A DNA stretch of 62,458 bases, the filler included. It is 6 parts of 6 records of this genome, joined end to end, with 100 filler letters (N's around TTAATTAATTAA, not from the genome) between each part and the next. Parts side by side here need not be neighbours in the genome. Positions count along the whole stretch, not along the records: positions 1 to 23,328 come from SRR31147125_53225; 5 more parts are not named here. One strand, given 5' to 3'. Of this stretch, positions 13,035 to 23,428 are shown piece by piece; the stretch's first letter is position 1; each line of letters begins with the position of its first letter. The position numbers were made by a program, and so were the translations under genes. The notes below the pieces were generated by a model, which ran no database searches, was not told where the DNA came from, and saw nothing but the letters and a program-made list of their open reading frames with translations.

Positions 13035-13781
13035 TTATTCGATTGAAAATTTCCACGCGCAATACCAGTCATCCGGGTGTTCATCAGGCGGGCAGCCGAT
13101 GCATTCTGTTTTGATCCGGCCGTCGATGGAGCGCGCGAAATAGGCATATTCGACCAGCCCCGCCGACTTGCACGGATAATCCGGCAGGCCTTTGCGCTTG
13201 CGCGCTACCTGCACCCGGCACTCATTCATCTGGAAGACGAAACTGTTGTCAGTCTCCTCGGTAATCGACTGCACGTTGATCGATGCGTATACCCGGAAGC
13301 CCAGTGCCTGTTTCAAGCCATCCAGTCCTGGGTATTCAGGCAGTCCCAGCCGTGCCTTGATGGTCTGAGCCTCAAACGGTGAGAAATGGGCCCAGCATGA
13401 ATCGTTGCAGCGCTTCGCCTCGTTTAACCCTTCCTGCTTCTCGATGGTCTGGAACCAGACCCCGTCATTCACCAGCCAGTTCTTCGCCAGCCGGTCCTTC
13501 AGTTCCAGCAGCCGATCTTCTTCCATGTCCAGCAGTGTCGATGGCACCCCGTCAACCATCTCGAAGCCGAACAGAGTCCCCAGGTGCTTCATCTGAATCC
13601 CCAGGCTCATTTTCGACGCATCTTCGAGCATCGCGAGGGCCTTTTCCGTGCCCATCTGGTGTCTGACCTCGGCATACCACAGCCCGTGGTGAACGATGAT
13701 CCGGTGCATCAGGTCAACGATGAACCGGGCCGTTTCCTTCCTGTCCAGATCAGCAGCGCTTCCTGCCCGATAATCAGCCAT
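13035..13781 (-). CDS. DUF6125-like cytosolic protein with a Cys-rich C-terminus
   Basis: KNWLVNDGVWFQ, CRVQVARKRKGL.DYPCK, CIGCPPD..P..WYCAWKF motifs. Confidence 0.7.
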   Translation of the reverse strand: MADYRAGSAADLDRKETARFIVDLMHRIIVHHGLWYAEVRHQMGTEKALAMLEDASKMSLGIQMKHLGTLFGFEMVDGVPSTLLDMEEDRLLELKDRLAKNWLVNDGVWFQTIEKQEGLNEAKRCNDSCWAHFSPFEAQTIKARLGLPEYPGLDGLKQALGFRVYASINVQSITEETDNSFVFQMNECRVQVARKRKGLPDYPCKSAGLVEYAYFARSIDGRIKTECIGCPPDEHPDDWYCAWKFSIE

Positions 13782-13816
13782 ATCCTCTCCCCCCTGTCCT
13801 CTCGCGAACTCTTTTC

Positions 13817-15019
13817 CTAAACGAAGGTGATCGAATCCGGACTCATCGTCAAACGCTCCAGCCCGCTCTCTTTCACCACAAAGGTGTTTTCCGTCCCGAC
13901 CACGCCTCTACCGGGAATGATAGCCTTCGGCTCGAGTGCGATGACCATGTTCTTCTCAAGCTTCACCGTCTGGTTTTTGGCGATAAACGGGAACTCGTCA
14001 AGCTCCAGGCCGATCCCGTGGCCCGTGAATCGAATACGCCGCTCACCGGCCCCCATGAACCATTCACTACATCCGCGCCGTTCGGCAGCATCGATCATCA
14101 GATCATAGATATCACCGCTCGCAACCCCGGGCAGCGCCTGCTCCACGATATCATTCTGGATCTCCACCATTGCCCCATGGATCTTGAGCAGGTCATCCGG
14201 CAACGAGCCGGCGCAGAACATGCGGGTATGATCGGACAGGTACCCGTGCAGCGCAAAGACATAGTCAAAGAGCACCGGCTCGTCTGCCTCGATCCGTTTG
14301 AATCCCGCCCCCTGTGAAATTGCGCGGGATGGCCCCGAACCGCCGGTCGGCGACTGGAGGTAGCTCGGCGTAGCCGCGTCCGGACCGGACAGCAGGTGCC
14401 CATAGAACAGCTCACTCCCCCACATACGCATCCTGACGATACCCTGGTGACCGAGACTTCGAGCATAGGCCTCGAGTTCACCGGCAAGCTCCAGCTCGGT
14501 CTTGCCGACGGCGAGCAGCTCTGAAACCTTTTCGCATACCAGGTCGGAACAGCGGGCCGCAGCTCTGATCCGCTCGACTTCCCAGTCGGATTTGACGGCC
14601 CTGATCAACCTGATCCTGGTGGAAACATCGACAAACTCGGTGCCGGAAAAGACTTTCTGGTACTGGTGATAGAGATTCACCGGCAGTACATCGAGTTCAA
14701 GGCCGACCACCTGCGATTCCCGATGCCCGTATTCGGCGAGCATCTCCGGTATGCGCTTGACACTGGTAACCGACTCGACCCGCTCCAGCGGTGTCTCCTC
14801 CCGTGCCCGCGCAAAATCCTTGAAGACGAAGAGGATGGGCTCCCCGTCAGCCGGTATGTATAGCCATCCCTGCTGCGATGTCCCTGCAAAATAGAAGAGA
14901 TCGGTTTTCTGTACGATCAGGGCCGCACCGGCACCGCATGTTTGCAGTTCCGCCTGGAGCCGGCTGATCCTGGAGTCCAGCTCGGCTAAGGGTACCGCAT
15001 CTCCGGACATCGTCGTCAT
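13817..15019 (-). CDS. M24 family (Xaa-Pro/creatinase-like) metallopeptidase
   Basis: Creatinase N domain plus pita-bread domain with intact D, D, H, E, E ligands (FDY, SDHTR, GHGIGLE, LEPK, TENT). Start placed 8 nt after the GGAGG RBS. Confidence 0.85.
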   Translation of the reverse strand: MTTMSGDAVPLAELDSRISRLQAELQTCGAGAALIVQKTDLFYFAGTSQQGWLYIPADGEPILFVFKDFARAREETPLERVESVTSVKRIPEMLAEYGHRESQVVGLELDVLPVNLYHQYQKVFSGTEFVDVSTRIRLIRAVKSDWEVERIRAAARCSDLVCEKVSELLAVGKTELELAGELEAYARSLGHQGIVRMRMWGSELFYGHLLSGPDAATPSYLQSPTGGSGPSRAISQGAGFKRIEADEPVLFDYVFALHGYLSDHTRMFCAGSLPDDLLKIHGAMVEIQNDIVEQALPGVASGDIYDLMIDAAERRGCSEWFMGAGERRIRFTGHGIGLELDEFPFIAKNQTVKLEKNMVIALEPKAIIPGRGVVGTENTFVVKESGLERLTMSPDSITFV

Positions 15020-15056
15020 AGCCATGCCCTCCTGGTTCGTGCCTGCATCTACTCGA

Positions 15057-15905
15057 TCAGTATGAGTAGAATCCCCGGCCGCTCTTTCTGCCGAGCCAGC
15101 CTGCCTCCACGTATTTCCTGAGCAGGGGGCACGGACGGTACTTGGAGTCCTTGAACCCGTCATACAGCGTCTCCATAATCGCCAGGCAGGTATCGAGGCC
15201 GATCAGATCGGCCAGCGCCAGCGGTCCCATCGGGTGGTTCATGCCGAGTTTCATCACCGTATCGATATCCTCGGCTTTGCCGACTCCCTGGTAGAGACAG
15301 AATATCGCCTCATTGATCATCGGCAGCAGGATTCGGTTGGCAATGAATCCGGGGAAATCGTTCGCCTCCGCCGGTACCTTGCCGAACTGCTCACAGAGTT
15401 GCCAGGTGAGGTCAAAAGTTTCCTGCGATGTGGCCAATCCCCTGATCACCTCGACCAGCTTCATCACCGGAACCGGATTCATGAAATGCATGCCGATGAT
15501 TTTGTCCGGCCGGCCGGTCTGTGCCGCGATCCGGCCAATCGGGATGGACGAGGTGTTGGTGGCCAGGATCACGTGGTCCGGGCAGGCCTCATCCAACTGA
15601 CGGAAGATGTTGAACTTGAGTTCCTCCATCTCCACCGCCGCCTCTACGACGTAATCAGCACCCGCCATGTCTGCGATATCCGTGGTGGTTCTCAATCGCC
15701 CCAAAATAGCCCGGGCCTCGTCATCGGCGAGCTTCCCCTTGTCCATACTCCGCTGCAGATTTTTCTCGATAACCGCCACCCCATGTGCGACACAGTCATC
15801 GCTGATATCACTCATGATCACATCAAGGCCGCTGGCCGCCGCCACCTGGGCGATGCCGCCGCCCATCTGTCCCGCTCCGATTACCCCAAATGTTTTTATC
15901 GTCAT
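15057..15905 (-). CDS. hbd: 3-hydroxybutyryl-CoA dehydrogenase
   Basis: GVIGAGQMGGGIA, EAAVE, ATNTSS, GMHFMNPVP, GFIANR, HPMGPL.LADLIGLD. Confidence 0.93.
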   Translation of the reverse strand: MTIKTFGVIGAGQMGGGIAQVAAASGLDVIMSDISDDCVAHGVAVIEKNLQRSMDKGKLADDEARAILGRLRTTTDIADMAGADYVVEAAVEMEELKFNIFRQLDEACPDHVILATNTSSIPIGRIAAQTGRPDKIIGMHFMNPVPVMKLVEVIRGLATSQETFDLTWQLCEQFGKVPAEANDFPGFIANRILLPMINEAIFCLYQGVGKAEDIDTVMKLGMNHPMGPLALADLIGLDTCLAIMETLYDGFKDSKYRPCPLLRKYVEAGWLGRKSGRGFYSY

Positions 15906-15942
15906 TGCTCTCTCCATTCCATTGAGCTGATACTCGTTCCCG

Positions 15943-17118
15943 TCAGCGATTCACCACCAGAGCGACCGCCTCTCCCCCGCCGAGGCAGAGCGAAGCCAGG
16001 CCCCGCTTCACGTCGCGCCGCTCCATCTCGTGGAGTAATGTCGTCAATACGCGGGCACCACTGGCACCGATGGGATGGCCGAGGGCGACGCTGCCGCCGT
16101 TCACGTTGACCTTTTCCGGGTCGAGCCCCAGCACCTTGTTGATCGCGCACGATGTGCCGCTGAACGCCTCGTTGATCTCGAACAGGTCGATATCGCCAAT
16201 GTCAACACCCTCCTTCTTCAGGACTTTGGGGATAGCATAGATAGGCGCCATCAACACGTATTTCAGCTCGATGCCGTGCGAAGCCTGGGCACCGATTCGC
16301 GCGATCACCCTGCAGCCAAGCTCCCGGGCCTTTTCTTCACTCATAAGCACCAGCGCAGCTGCCCCGTCACTGATAATCGACGCGTTGCCGGCCGTACCGA
16401 CACCGTCCTTCGTGAAGGCCGGACGCATCTTCGAGAGGGTCTCAAAGCTGGTCGGTGCCGGGCACTCATCGGTATCGAAAATGACCGGATCTCCCTTTCT
16501 CTGCGGTATCTCTACCGGTGCGATTTGTGAAGTGAAAAGACCCGATTCGACGGCCTGAAGCACACGCTGGTATGACCGTGCCGCAAAACGGTCCTGCTCT
16601 TCTCGGGACACCTCCCAGCGCTCGCAGATATATTCGTTCGTCATGCCCATGTGGATATCGTTCACCACATCCCACAGGCCGTCGTGAATCATGTGATCCT
16701 CGAGCGTCCCCGGTCCCATGCGATGCCCCCAGCGCGCCTTTTCCAGGTAGTACGGCGCCATGCTCATGGTCTCCATGCCGCCGGCGACAACGACGTCGGC
16801 ATCGCCGCATTGAATCGCCTGGGCCCCGAGCATTACCGATTTCAATGATGATCCGCACACCTTGTTGACGGTAATCGCCTCCATGGTCTCCGGCAGACCC
16901 GCCTTCAACGCGGCCTGCTTCCCGGGATTCTGCCCATATCCGCAGGGCAGCACCATACCCATGATACACTCATCGACCGTTTCACCGTCAATGCCTGCAT
17001 GCGAGAGCGCTTCTCTGATAACATGTCCGCCGAGATCGGTGGCGCCAACTTTTGACAAAGAACCACCGAAGCTGCCCAACGGCGTTCGAACCGCACTGAC
17101 AATGACCGCACTCTTCAT
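15943..17118 (-). CDS. acetyl-CoA C-acetyltransferase (thiolase)
   Basis: VNKVCGSS, EINEAF, NVNGGSVALGHPIGASG, CLGGG. Confidence 0.96.
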   Translation of the reverse strand: MKSAVIVSAVRTPLGSFGGSLSKVGATDLGGHVIREALSHAGIDGETVDECIMGMVLPCGYGQNPGKQAALKAGLPETMEAITVNKVCGSSLKSVMLGAQAIQCGDADVVVAGGMETMSMAPYYLEKARWGHRMGPGTLEDHMIHDGLWDVVNDIHMGMTNEYICERWEVSREEQDRFAARSYQRVLQAVESGLFTSQIAPVEIPQRKGDPVIFDTDECPAPTSFETLSKMRPAFTKDGVGTAGNASIISDGAAALVLMSEEKARELGCRVIARIGAQASHGIELKYVLMAPIYAIPKVLKKEGVDIGDIDLFEINEAFSGTSCAINKVLGLDPEKVNVNGGSVALGHPIGASGARVLTTLLHEMERRDVKRGLASLCLGGGEAVALVVNR

Positions 17119-17390
17119 TATACCCTCCTGCGAATAACCCCTCTGAAGCTCACGGATGTGAGGCTCTTATCTCCCTATAAATATGACGCAATACGCAACC
17201 GACCAAGCGCTCAGTCACTGACATGATGTTTACCAATCAGTTATAGTTTGTCAATCTTTTTATCGTTGTCGGAACGTTTGTCCTGGAACAGGGTAACGCG
17301 AGAAACCGAGACCAGGCTTTCTCTTTATGGGGTAATTGCAAAGAAACTCAGGATACCGGATTTTCAATTTTGCATAGTTAAGATCAATGC

Positions 17391-18454
17391 TCAATCCAGC
17401 ATCCATGGAATCTCATGTTCAAACGTGATCGCACGGATTTTATCAAGTAGTCCTTTTCCGACTGGAATTCCTTTCTTCATACGCTCCTTCGCCTTGATGC
17501 GCTCTGGATCCCCCGCGATCATGACCGGCTGTGAAGGGTCCATAGGCTCTGTGGATCTCAGTACTTGACTCAAGCTTCCCACATCGCAGCGAAAATCTTC
17601 GATGTCCCTGAACAGTCCAGGGTCAATGACCATAAAAAAGTGACTTATATCCTGCCCAAACGGCTGCTTCATATGCATTGGTGAGGTTATCAGGGTCGAA
17701 CCGGACAAGCAGGCACAGAGGATGTTTGCCATAACCGCCAACCCGTAACCCTTGTGATCACTACCTTCCGGCGACCCCCAAGCGGGGTCAGAGATCCTCC
17801 ATTTTCCACCACCTCTGCTGGATCAGTGCTTGGAAGGCCTTCTTTGGTTACCAGCCATCCGGGAGGAGTTGACAGCCCTTCATTATACTTGTTTCTGACC
17901 TTCCCAAATGCCGCCGTGGTAGTCGCCATATCGAGCAGAAACGGTTGATTTTCCAGCCCTGGTGCGGAAAATGATAATGGATCTGTCCCCAGCCGCGCCT
18001 GTTTTCCTCCAGAAGGAGCTACTTGTACTAAAGACGTAGTACTGCTTACAAAACCAATTAAATCAGCCTTCGCGGCCATCTCCGTATAGTATCCACAAGC
18101 ACCGAAATGAGCTGAGTTGCGGACCGAAGAAACGGCCATACCGATGCTCCTGGCCTTGGCAATAGCCGTATTCATAGCCAATATCGATGTCGAATGTCCC
18201 AGCCCGGCATCACCGTCTATCAATGCCGAAACCGGGGTTTCTTTGACAATCTTCGGTTCTGCCGACATGTTAATCCGACCGTCTCGCCAGCGCTCATGGT
18301 ACATCGTCATGGTCGATAGGCCGTGGCTGTCAATTCCATGTAAATCTGCCCAGGCTATGACTTCCGCCGTTTGTTCTGCAATATCTTCCGGCATCCCCCA
18401 GCCGACGAGTATTGCTTCAATCTGGGCACGATGCTTTTTATACGTAGCCGCCAT
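17391..18454 (-). CDS. Ldh_2 family (malate/L-lactate/ureidoglycolate dehydrogenase-like) oxidoreductase, frameshifted at homopolymer 17775-17779
   Basis: ADLHGIDSHG, RNSAHFGA, LGTDP, LDMATT. Adding one G restores PLGGSPEGSDHKGYGL and joins the C-terminal ORF (IDPGLF, IAGDPE). Confidence 0.85.
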
Positions 18455-18475
18455 TAGCGTTTCCTTAGATTGAAT

Positions 18476-19249
18476 CTATTTAAAGAATTGAGCAAGCTGC
18501 CTTGTCGCGTTTTTAAAGAGCCCTGAATCGGAGCCCAAGCCCACAAACGTGTATCCCATATCAAAATACCTCTTCCCATCGGGGCCTCCCGTGGCAAGGG
18601 TGCCGACAGGTGCGTTTATCTTGCTGCACAGCTCTGCTATCTCCGCCATCTTTTTCTGGACTTCAGCATTTTTTGTGTCCGCGAGATGTCCCATGCTGGC
18701 AGCAAGGTCGCTTGGACCTACGAAAATACCGTCAACCCCATCAACAGAAAATATTTCTTCTATATTTTCAAAAGCTTCCAGCGTTTCAATTTGAACTACG
18801 AGACCAATATGATCTTCAATGTTATGCCAGTAATCCTGCGTGTATCCATACGAACTACCTCGAGCTCCTACAGAAACGCCCCTTCGCCCCCGTGGTGGAT
18901 AACGAACGGCGCTCACTGCCTGTTCAGCCTCTTCCACATTCTGGACAAAGGGCACGATGAAATTATGGAACCCGATGTCCAACAATCTCTTGATCTCGAC
19001 GAAATCGTTCCATACCGGCCTGACAAGCAGCGATGTGTCGCTTCCTTTCATGGCCTGCAGCTGTCCAATCAATGAGTTGATATCATTTGGAGCATGCTCC
19101 ATATCGAATAACACCCAGTCAAAGCCGGCGAAAGAGAGTATCTCTGTGGTAATACTGCTTGCGAGATTGCTCCAGATACCGATCTGCCTTTCAGTACCGG
19201 CCAGACGAGTTTTGAATCTGTTGTCAAAAACCGCTTCAGAATTGCTCAT
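18476..19249 (-). CDS. garL: 2-dehydro-3-deoxyglucarate aldolase (HpcH/HpaI family)
   Basis: GFDWVLFDMEHAPND, IKRLLDIGF, RYPPRGRRG, VQIET, DGIFVGPSDLAASMGH; directly downstream of gudD. Confidence 0.85.
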   Translation of the reverse strand: MSNSEAVFDNRFKTRLAGTERQIGIWSNLASSITTEILSFAGFDWVLFDMEHAPNDINSLIGQLQAMKGSDTSLLVRPVWNDFVEIKRLLDIGFHNFIVPFVQNVEEAEQAVSAVRYPPRGRRGVSVGARGSSYGYTQDYWHNIEDHIGLVVQIETLEAFENIEEIFSVDGVDGIFVGPSDLAASMGHLADTKNAEVQKKMAEIAELCSKINAPVGTLATGGPDGKRYFDMGYTFVGLGSDSGLFKNATRQLAQFFK

Positions 19250-19263
19250 TGTTCTCCTCAATT

Positions 19264-20610
19264 TTATCTGACCATACACGGCCGCTTGTTATCGAATTTC
19301 CATCCCGGTATCAAATAATTCATGGCAATAGCGTCGTCTCTTCCCCCCAAGCCATATTCCAGATAAAGCTTGTGCGCTTTTTCGATATTGTCCATATCCA
19401 GCTCGATCCCCAATCCCGGAGCATCGGTTACTTCAATCTGCCCACCTTTTATCTGGTAGGGATTCTTTGTCAGATGCTGACCATCCTGCCAGATCCAGTG
19501 TGTATCGATGGCAGTGACCGTACCGGGAGCGGAGGCCGCAACATGGGAGAACATTGCTAGCGAGATGTCAAAATGATTATTTGAATGCGATCCCCAGGTC
19601 AGTCCCCAGTTTTTGCACATCATTGCCACCCGCACCGATCCCTGCATCGTCCAGAAATGCGGGTCCGCCAGTGGAATATCAACCGCTCCAAGCATTATGG
19701 TATGGGCCATCTGCCGCCAGTCAGTGGCAATCATGTTAGTTGCCGTCGGCAGGCGTGTCGCCCTTCTAAACTCAGCCATAATCTCTCTGCCCGAATAGCC
19801 ATCCTCGGCACCGCATGGATCTTCGGCATAGGCGAGTACATCCTGCATTCCTTTACAGAGTTGTATCGCCTCTTCAAGCAACCAGGCGCCGTTAGGATCT
19901 ATAGTAATTCGAGCGTCTGGGAACCGCGAGGCCAGTTTGCAAATTGCCTCGATCTCATCCTTCCCACTGAATACGCCTCCTTTCAATTTAAAATCCCGGA
20001 ATCCATATTTATCAGCCGAAGACTCAGCCAGCCTCACGATAGACTCAGGCGTAACCGCTTTTTCGTGACGCAATCTGAACCAATCATGATCAGCATCGAT
20101 ATCACTCTGATATGGTAAATCCGTTTTATTCCGGTCCCCTATATAAAACAGATACCCCAGTACATCTATTTTAACTCTCTGCTGCCCCTCTCCCAATAGT
20201 GCAGCAACAGGAACGTTCAGATGTTTTCCCAATAGATCAAGCATAGCCGCCTCAACAGCTGTGACAACATGAATCATCACCCGCTGATCAAAAGTCTGCT
20301 GACCTCTCCCGGCACTGTCTTCGGAGGAGAATCTGGCCCTGATCTCATTGAGTACGGAATTGTATAATCCTATTTTTTTATTCTCTATGAGCAGCGTTGA
20401 CTTCTCTAAAATTTTCCTGATACGTTCACCACCCGGGACTTCACCAACGCCAACATTTCCTGAACTATCCTTGAGGATAAGGATATTTCGCGTGAAAAAC
20501 GGACCATGTGCGCCACTGAGATTCAACAGCATGCTGTCTCGTCCAGCAACGGGTATTACCTTCACATCAGTCACGACCGGAGATTCTGAAAATTGTTCCT
20601 TACCTGGCAT
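19264..20610 (-). CDS. gudD: glucarate dehydratase
   Basis: [76 protein letters not shown]. Confidence 0.96.
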   Translation of the reverse strand: MPGKEQFSESPVVTDVKVIPVAGRDSMLLNLSGAHGPFFTRNILILKDSSGNVGVGEVPGGERIRKILEKSTLLIENKKIGLYNSVLNEIRARFSSEDSAGRGQQTFDQRVMIHVVTAVEAAMLDLLGKHLNVPVAALLGEGQQRVKIDVLGYLFYIGDRNKTDLPYQSDIDADHDWFRLRHEKAVTPESIVRLAESSADKYGFRDFKLKGGVFSGKDEIEAICKLASRFPDARITIDPNGAWLLEEAIQLCKGMQDVLAYAEDPCGAEDGYSGREIMAEFRRATRLPTATNMIATDWRQMAHTIMLGAVDIPLADPHFWTMQGSVRVAMMCKNWGLTWGSHSNNHFDISLAMFSHVAASAPGTVTAIDTHWIWQDGQHLTKNPYQIKGGQIEVTDAPGLGIELDMDNIEKAHKLYLEYGLGGRDDAIAMNYLIPGWKFDNKRPCMVR

Positions 20611-20711
20611 TGAACCTACCTCCTGGCAATAATTGGCACGAACAACTCTGATTATTACTAATAGCCCCCCACAGGCAACACGGAAGACCCGTAGTATTCA
20701 AAAACAGCTTG

Positions 20712-20727
20712 ATGTTAGCGCTATCAT
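20712..20727. promoter_or_regulatory. LacI/GntR-type operator 1 (ATGTTAGCGCTATCAT)
   Basis: Near-perfect 16-bp palindrome centred on AGCGCT in the gudD/regulator intergenic region; resembles the E. coli GntR consensus ATGTTA-N4-TAACAT. Confidence 0.75.
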
Positions 20728-20881
20728 ATATAATTGTCAACATACAACTTTACTGGACCGTTACCATTATTGCATCGTACTGTTATAACAATGATATTTA
20801 GCTAAGTTGAGAATCCTTTATTTATTTTATCATTTTAGTATTATGGTATTACCCTGCTGAGAGTAGCATTGAATGACTAAA

Positions 20882-20897
20882 ATGATAGCGCTATCTC
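20882..20897. promoter_or_regulatory. LacI/GntR-type operator 2 (ATGATAGCGCTATCTC)
   Basis: Second copy of the same palindrome, 34 nt upstream of the regulator start. Confidence 0.7.
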
Positions 20898-20930
20898 GAC
20901 AATGAAATTGCAATTAATTATGTCTATATA

Positions 20931-21965
20931 ATGCCGAAATATATAAACAAAACACCCACAAATAATGGCCGTCACAGCACGTCGATCACCCTTGATGATG
21001 TTGCAAAGATCGCAGGTGTATCTGCGATTACCGTTTCAAGGGCAATAAACACACCTGCCAAAGTTGCACCACATACATTGAAAAAAGTCAGGGAGGCAAT
21101 CGATAGAACCGGGTACGTCCCAAATCTTCTGGCCGGAGGTCTTGCATCACGAAGCAGTAAACTTATCGCCGCCATTGTTCCATCAATCGCTAACCTTGTA
21201 TATTCTACGACTATCAGGCTTTTCAGCAACTCGCTCAACAAGGCGGGATACCAGGTGATTCTCGGCGATTCGGGGTACCCGGAAGTCCTGGAAGAAGAAC
21301 TTGTCAGAACCATTCTTTCCAGGCGTCCGGACGGCATTTTTCTTACCGGGGTCGACCACTCCCCTTCCTGTAGAAACCTTCTTCTCGCTGCCAAGATTCC
21401 GATAGTTGAAACATGGGATTTAACCCCATCTCCTCTCGATATTGTTATAGGCTTCAATCACATAGAGGTCGGTCATGCCGTTGCCAGATTCATATTGAGT
21501 AAAAAATTCAAAACAGTAGGTTTTGTAACAGCCAACGACGCCCGGGCACTCCTTCGCCAGCGATCTACGCTGGATATTCTCGGCCAGCACGGTGTTTCGG
21601 ACATCTACACCACCACGGTACCGGCACCTACAACGATGGAATATGGAAGAATCGGGGCGAAACAAATCATTGAAGAAGGATTTGACAGCGGCGTGATCTT
21701 CTGCACCTCGGACACTCTCGCACAGGGAGTCCTGGCCGAATTACAGTCGCGAAACATCACAATTCCCGATACCATCAGTGTAATAGGCTTTGGCGACCAG
21801 ATCTTTGCTGCGCACACATATCCTGCCTTGACAACGATCAGAATCGACAGGGAGCGGATAGGAGAGGAAGCCGCAGATGCACTTCTGGCAAGAATTCAGA
21901 ACCGACCACTTACAAACAGAATTATAGATATAGGCTTTTCAATCATCGAACGGGACTCGACCTGA
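20931..21965 (+). CDS. LacI family transcriptional regulator (E. coli GntR/IdnR-like)
   Basis: ITLDDVAKIAGVSAITVSRAIN helix-turn-helix, GYVPN hinge, LSRRPDG, PIVETWD, IGFGD, PALTTI. Confidence 0.93.
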   Translation: MPKYINKTPTNNGRHSTSITLDDVAKIAGVSAITVSRAINTPAKVAPHTLKKVREAIDRTGYVPNLLAGGLASRSSKLIAAIVPSIANLVYSTTIRLFSNSLNKAGYQVILGDSGYPEVLEEELVRTILSRRPDGIFLTGVDHSPSCRNLLLAAKIPIVETWDLTPSPLDIVIGFNHIEVGHAVARFILSKKFKTVGFVTANDARALLRQRSTLDILGQHGVSDIYTTTVPAPTTMEYGRIGAKQIIEEGFDSGVIFCTSDTLAQGVLAELQSRNITIPDTISVIGFGDQIFAAHTYPALTTIRIDRERIGEEAADALLARIQNRPLTNRIIDIGFSIIERDST

Positions 21966-22005
21966 ATTTCAAGGGGAAACAGATGAAAAACTGCGGTCAA
22001 AACAT

Positions 22006-23328
22006 TCAGGTGACCGGTGCCGGGTTGAACACTACCATGTCATTGAACAACTGAAGTTTTTCAGCTGCAACCACCCGTTCACCACTTGCGACGGCCAAGA
22101 CCATTTCAAATAGTTCCATACCGACATCCTCGATGGTTTTTCCCTGTGAAACAACCTGTCCGGCATCGACATCGATCAGATCCGGCCATCTGTTTTTCAG
22201 GACAGTTCGGCTCGAAACCTTTATAACCGGAGCAATTTCGAGATTATATGGAGTGCCGCGGCCGGAGGTGAAAATCTGCAGATGGATACCAGAGGCAAGT
22301 TGCTGCGTTCCGCAAACGAAATCGCTGGCCGGGGTAGCCGCAAAGACAAGACCGTTCTTCCGTACCTTCTCTCCATGACTCAAAACATCAGAGATAGGCC
22401 CGGTACCGGATTTGATTATGGATCCCAGAGATTTCTCAACTATGTTTGAAATCCCACCTTCCTTGTTGCCTGGTGTCGGGTTCGCACTTCTATCAACGCC
22501 GCCCCTTTCGAGATAGCGGTCATACCACTGCATTTCCCTGATCAATGCCAGACCGGTGGCCCTGTCTATCGCTCGCGGGGTCAGCAGATGCACGGCATCA
22601 CGAACCTCACTCACTTCAGAAAACAGAACCGTACCGCCCCCCGGACGATCAAATCCGTCACAAAACCAACAATCGGGTTCGCAGTAATACCGGAAAAAGA
22701 GTCACTGCCTCCGCACTGGACTCCAACGACCAGCTCACTAATCAGGCACTCCTCCCGTTTCCTTTCGTTTAAACGCCGGAGCTTTCGGTCGGCCACCTCA
22801 AGGCTATTGCTCAGCATCTGCTCAAAGCCCCCTGCACAGTCCTGGAGACGAACCAGATCATTTATCAGCAACTGGTTTGCAGATATCAGGGTCTGCGGTT
22901 CGAGTTTCTCGCAGCCAAGCCCAATAATCAGAGATTCATTTCCAAAGTTCGGGTTGGACATCAGGTTCTGCAGAGATCTGATAGGAATATCAGAATCTGG
23001 GGCATTAATGGCAACTCCACAGCCATAAGAGTGGTTGATTGGTACAACTGCATCAACGTTTGGGTACGCAGGTAATAAATCGGTCGATATTTTACGTGCA
23101 ATATGCTCAGCAAATCCTGCCACACATTGGACACTTGTCATTACGGCCAAAATATTCTTCGTACCTACAGACCCATCAGCGTTCCGATACCCTTTGAACG
23201 TATAATTCCGGGAAAGAGGCGGAAGAGCGACAGCTTTTGTGGAAATTGGTATTTCCCCGAGATCGGGCGGCACCGGTAATTCGATATATTCCTCGTCTAC
23301 GAGGCCCCCTTTCTTAATCGACCTTTTT
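22006..23328 (-). CDS. garD: galactarate dehydratase (UxaA/GarD family); 5' end cut by the contig edge; frameshift at homopolymer 22637-22642
   Basis: [59 protein letters not shown]. Adding one G restores [16 protein letters not shown]. Confidence 0.92.
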
Positions 23329-23428
23329 NNNNNNNNNNNNNNNNNNNNNNNNNNNNNNNNNNNNNNNNNNNNTTAATTAATTAANNNNNNNNNNNNNNNN
23401 NNNNNNNNNNNNNNNNNNNNNNNNNNNN
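23329..23428. other. artificial contig spacer (N-run, TTAATTAATTAA, N-run)
   Basis: 12-mer with stops in all six frames flanked by Ns. Confidence 0.98.
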
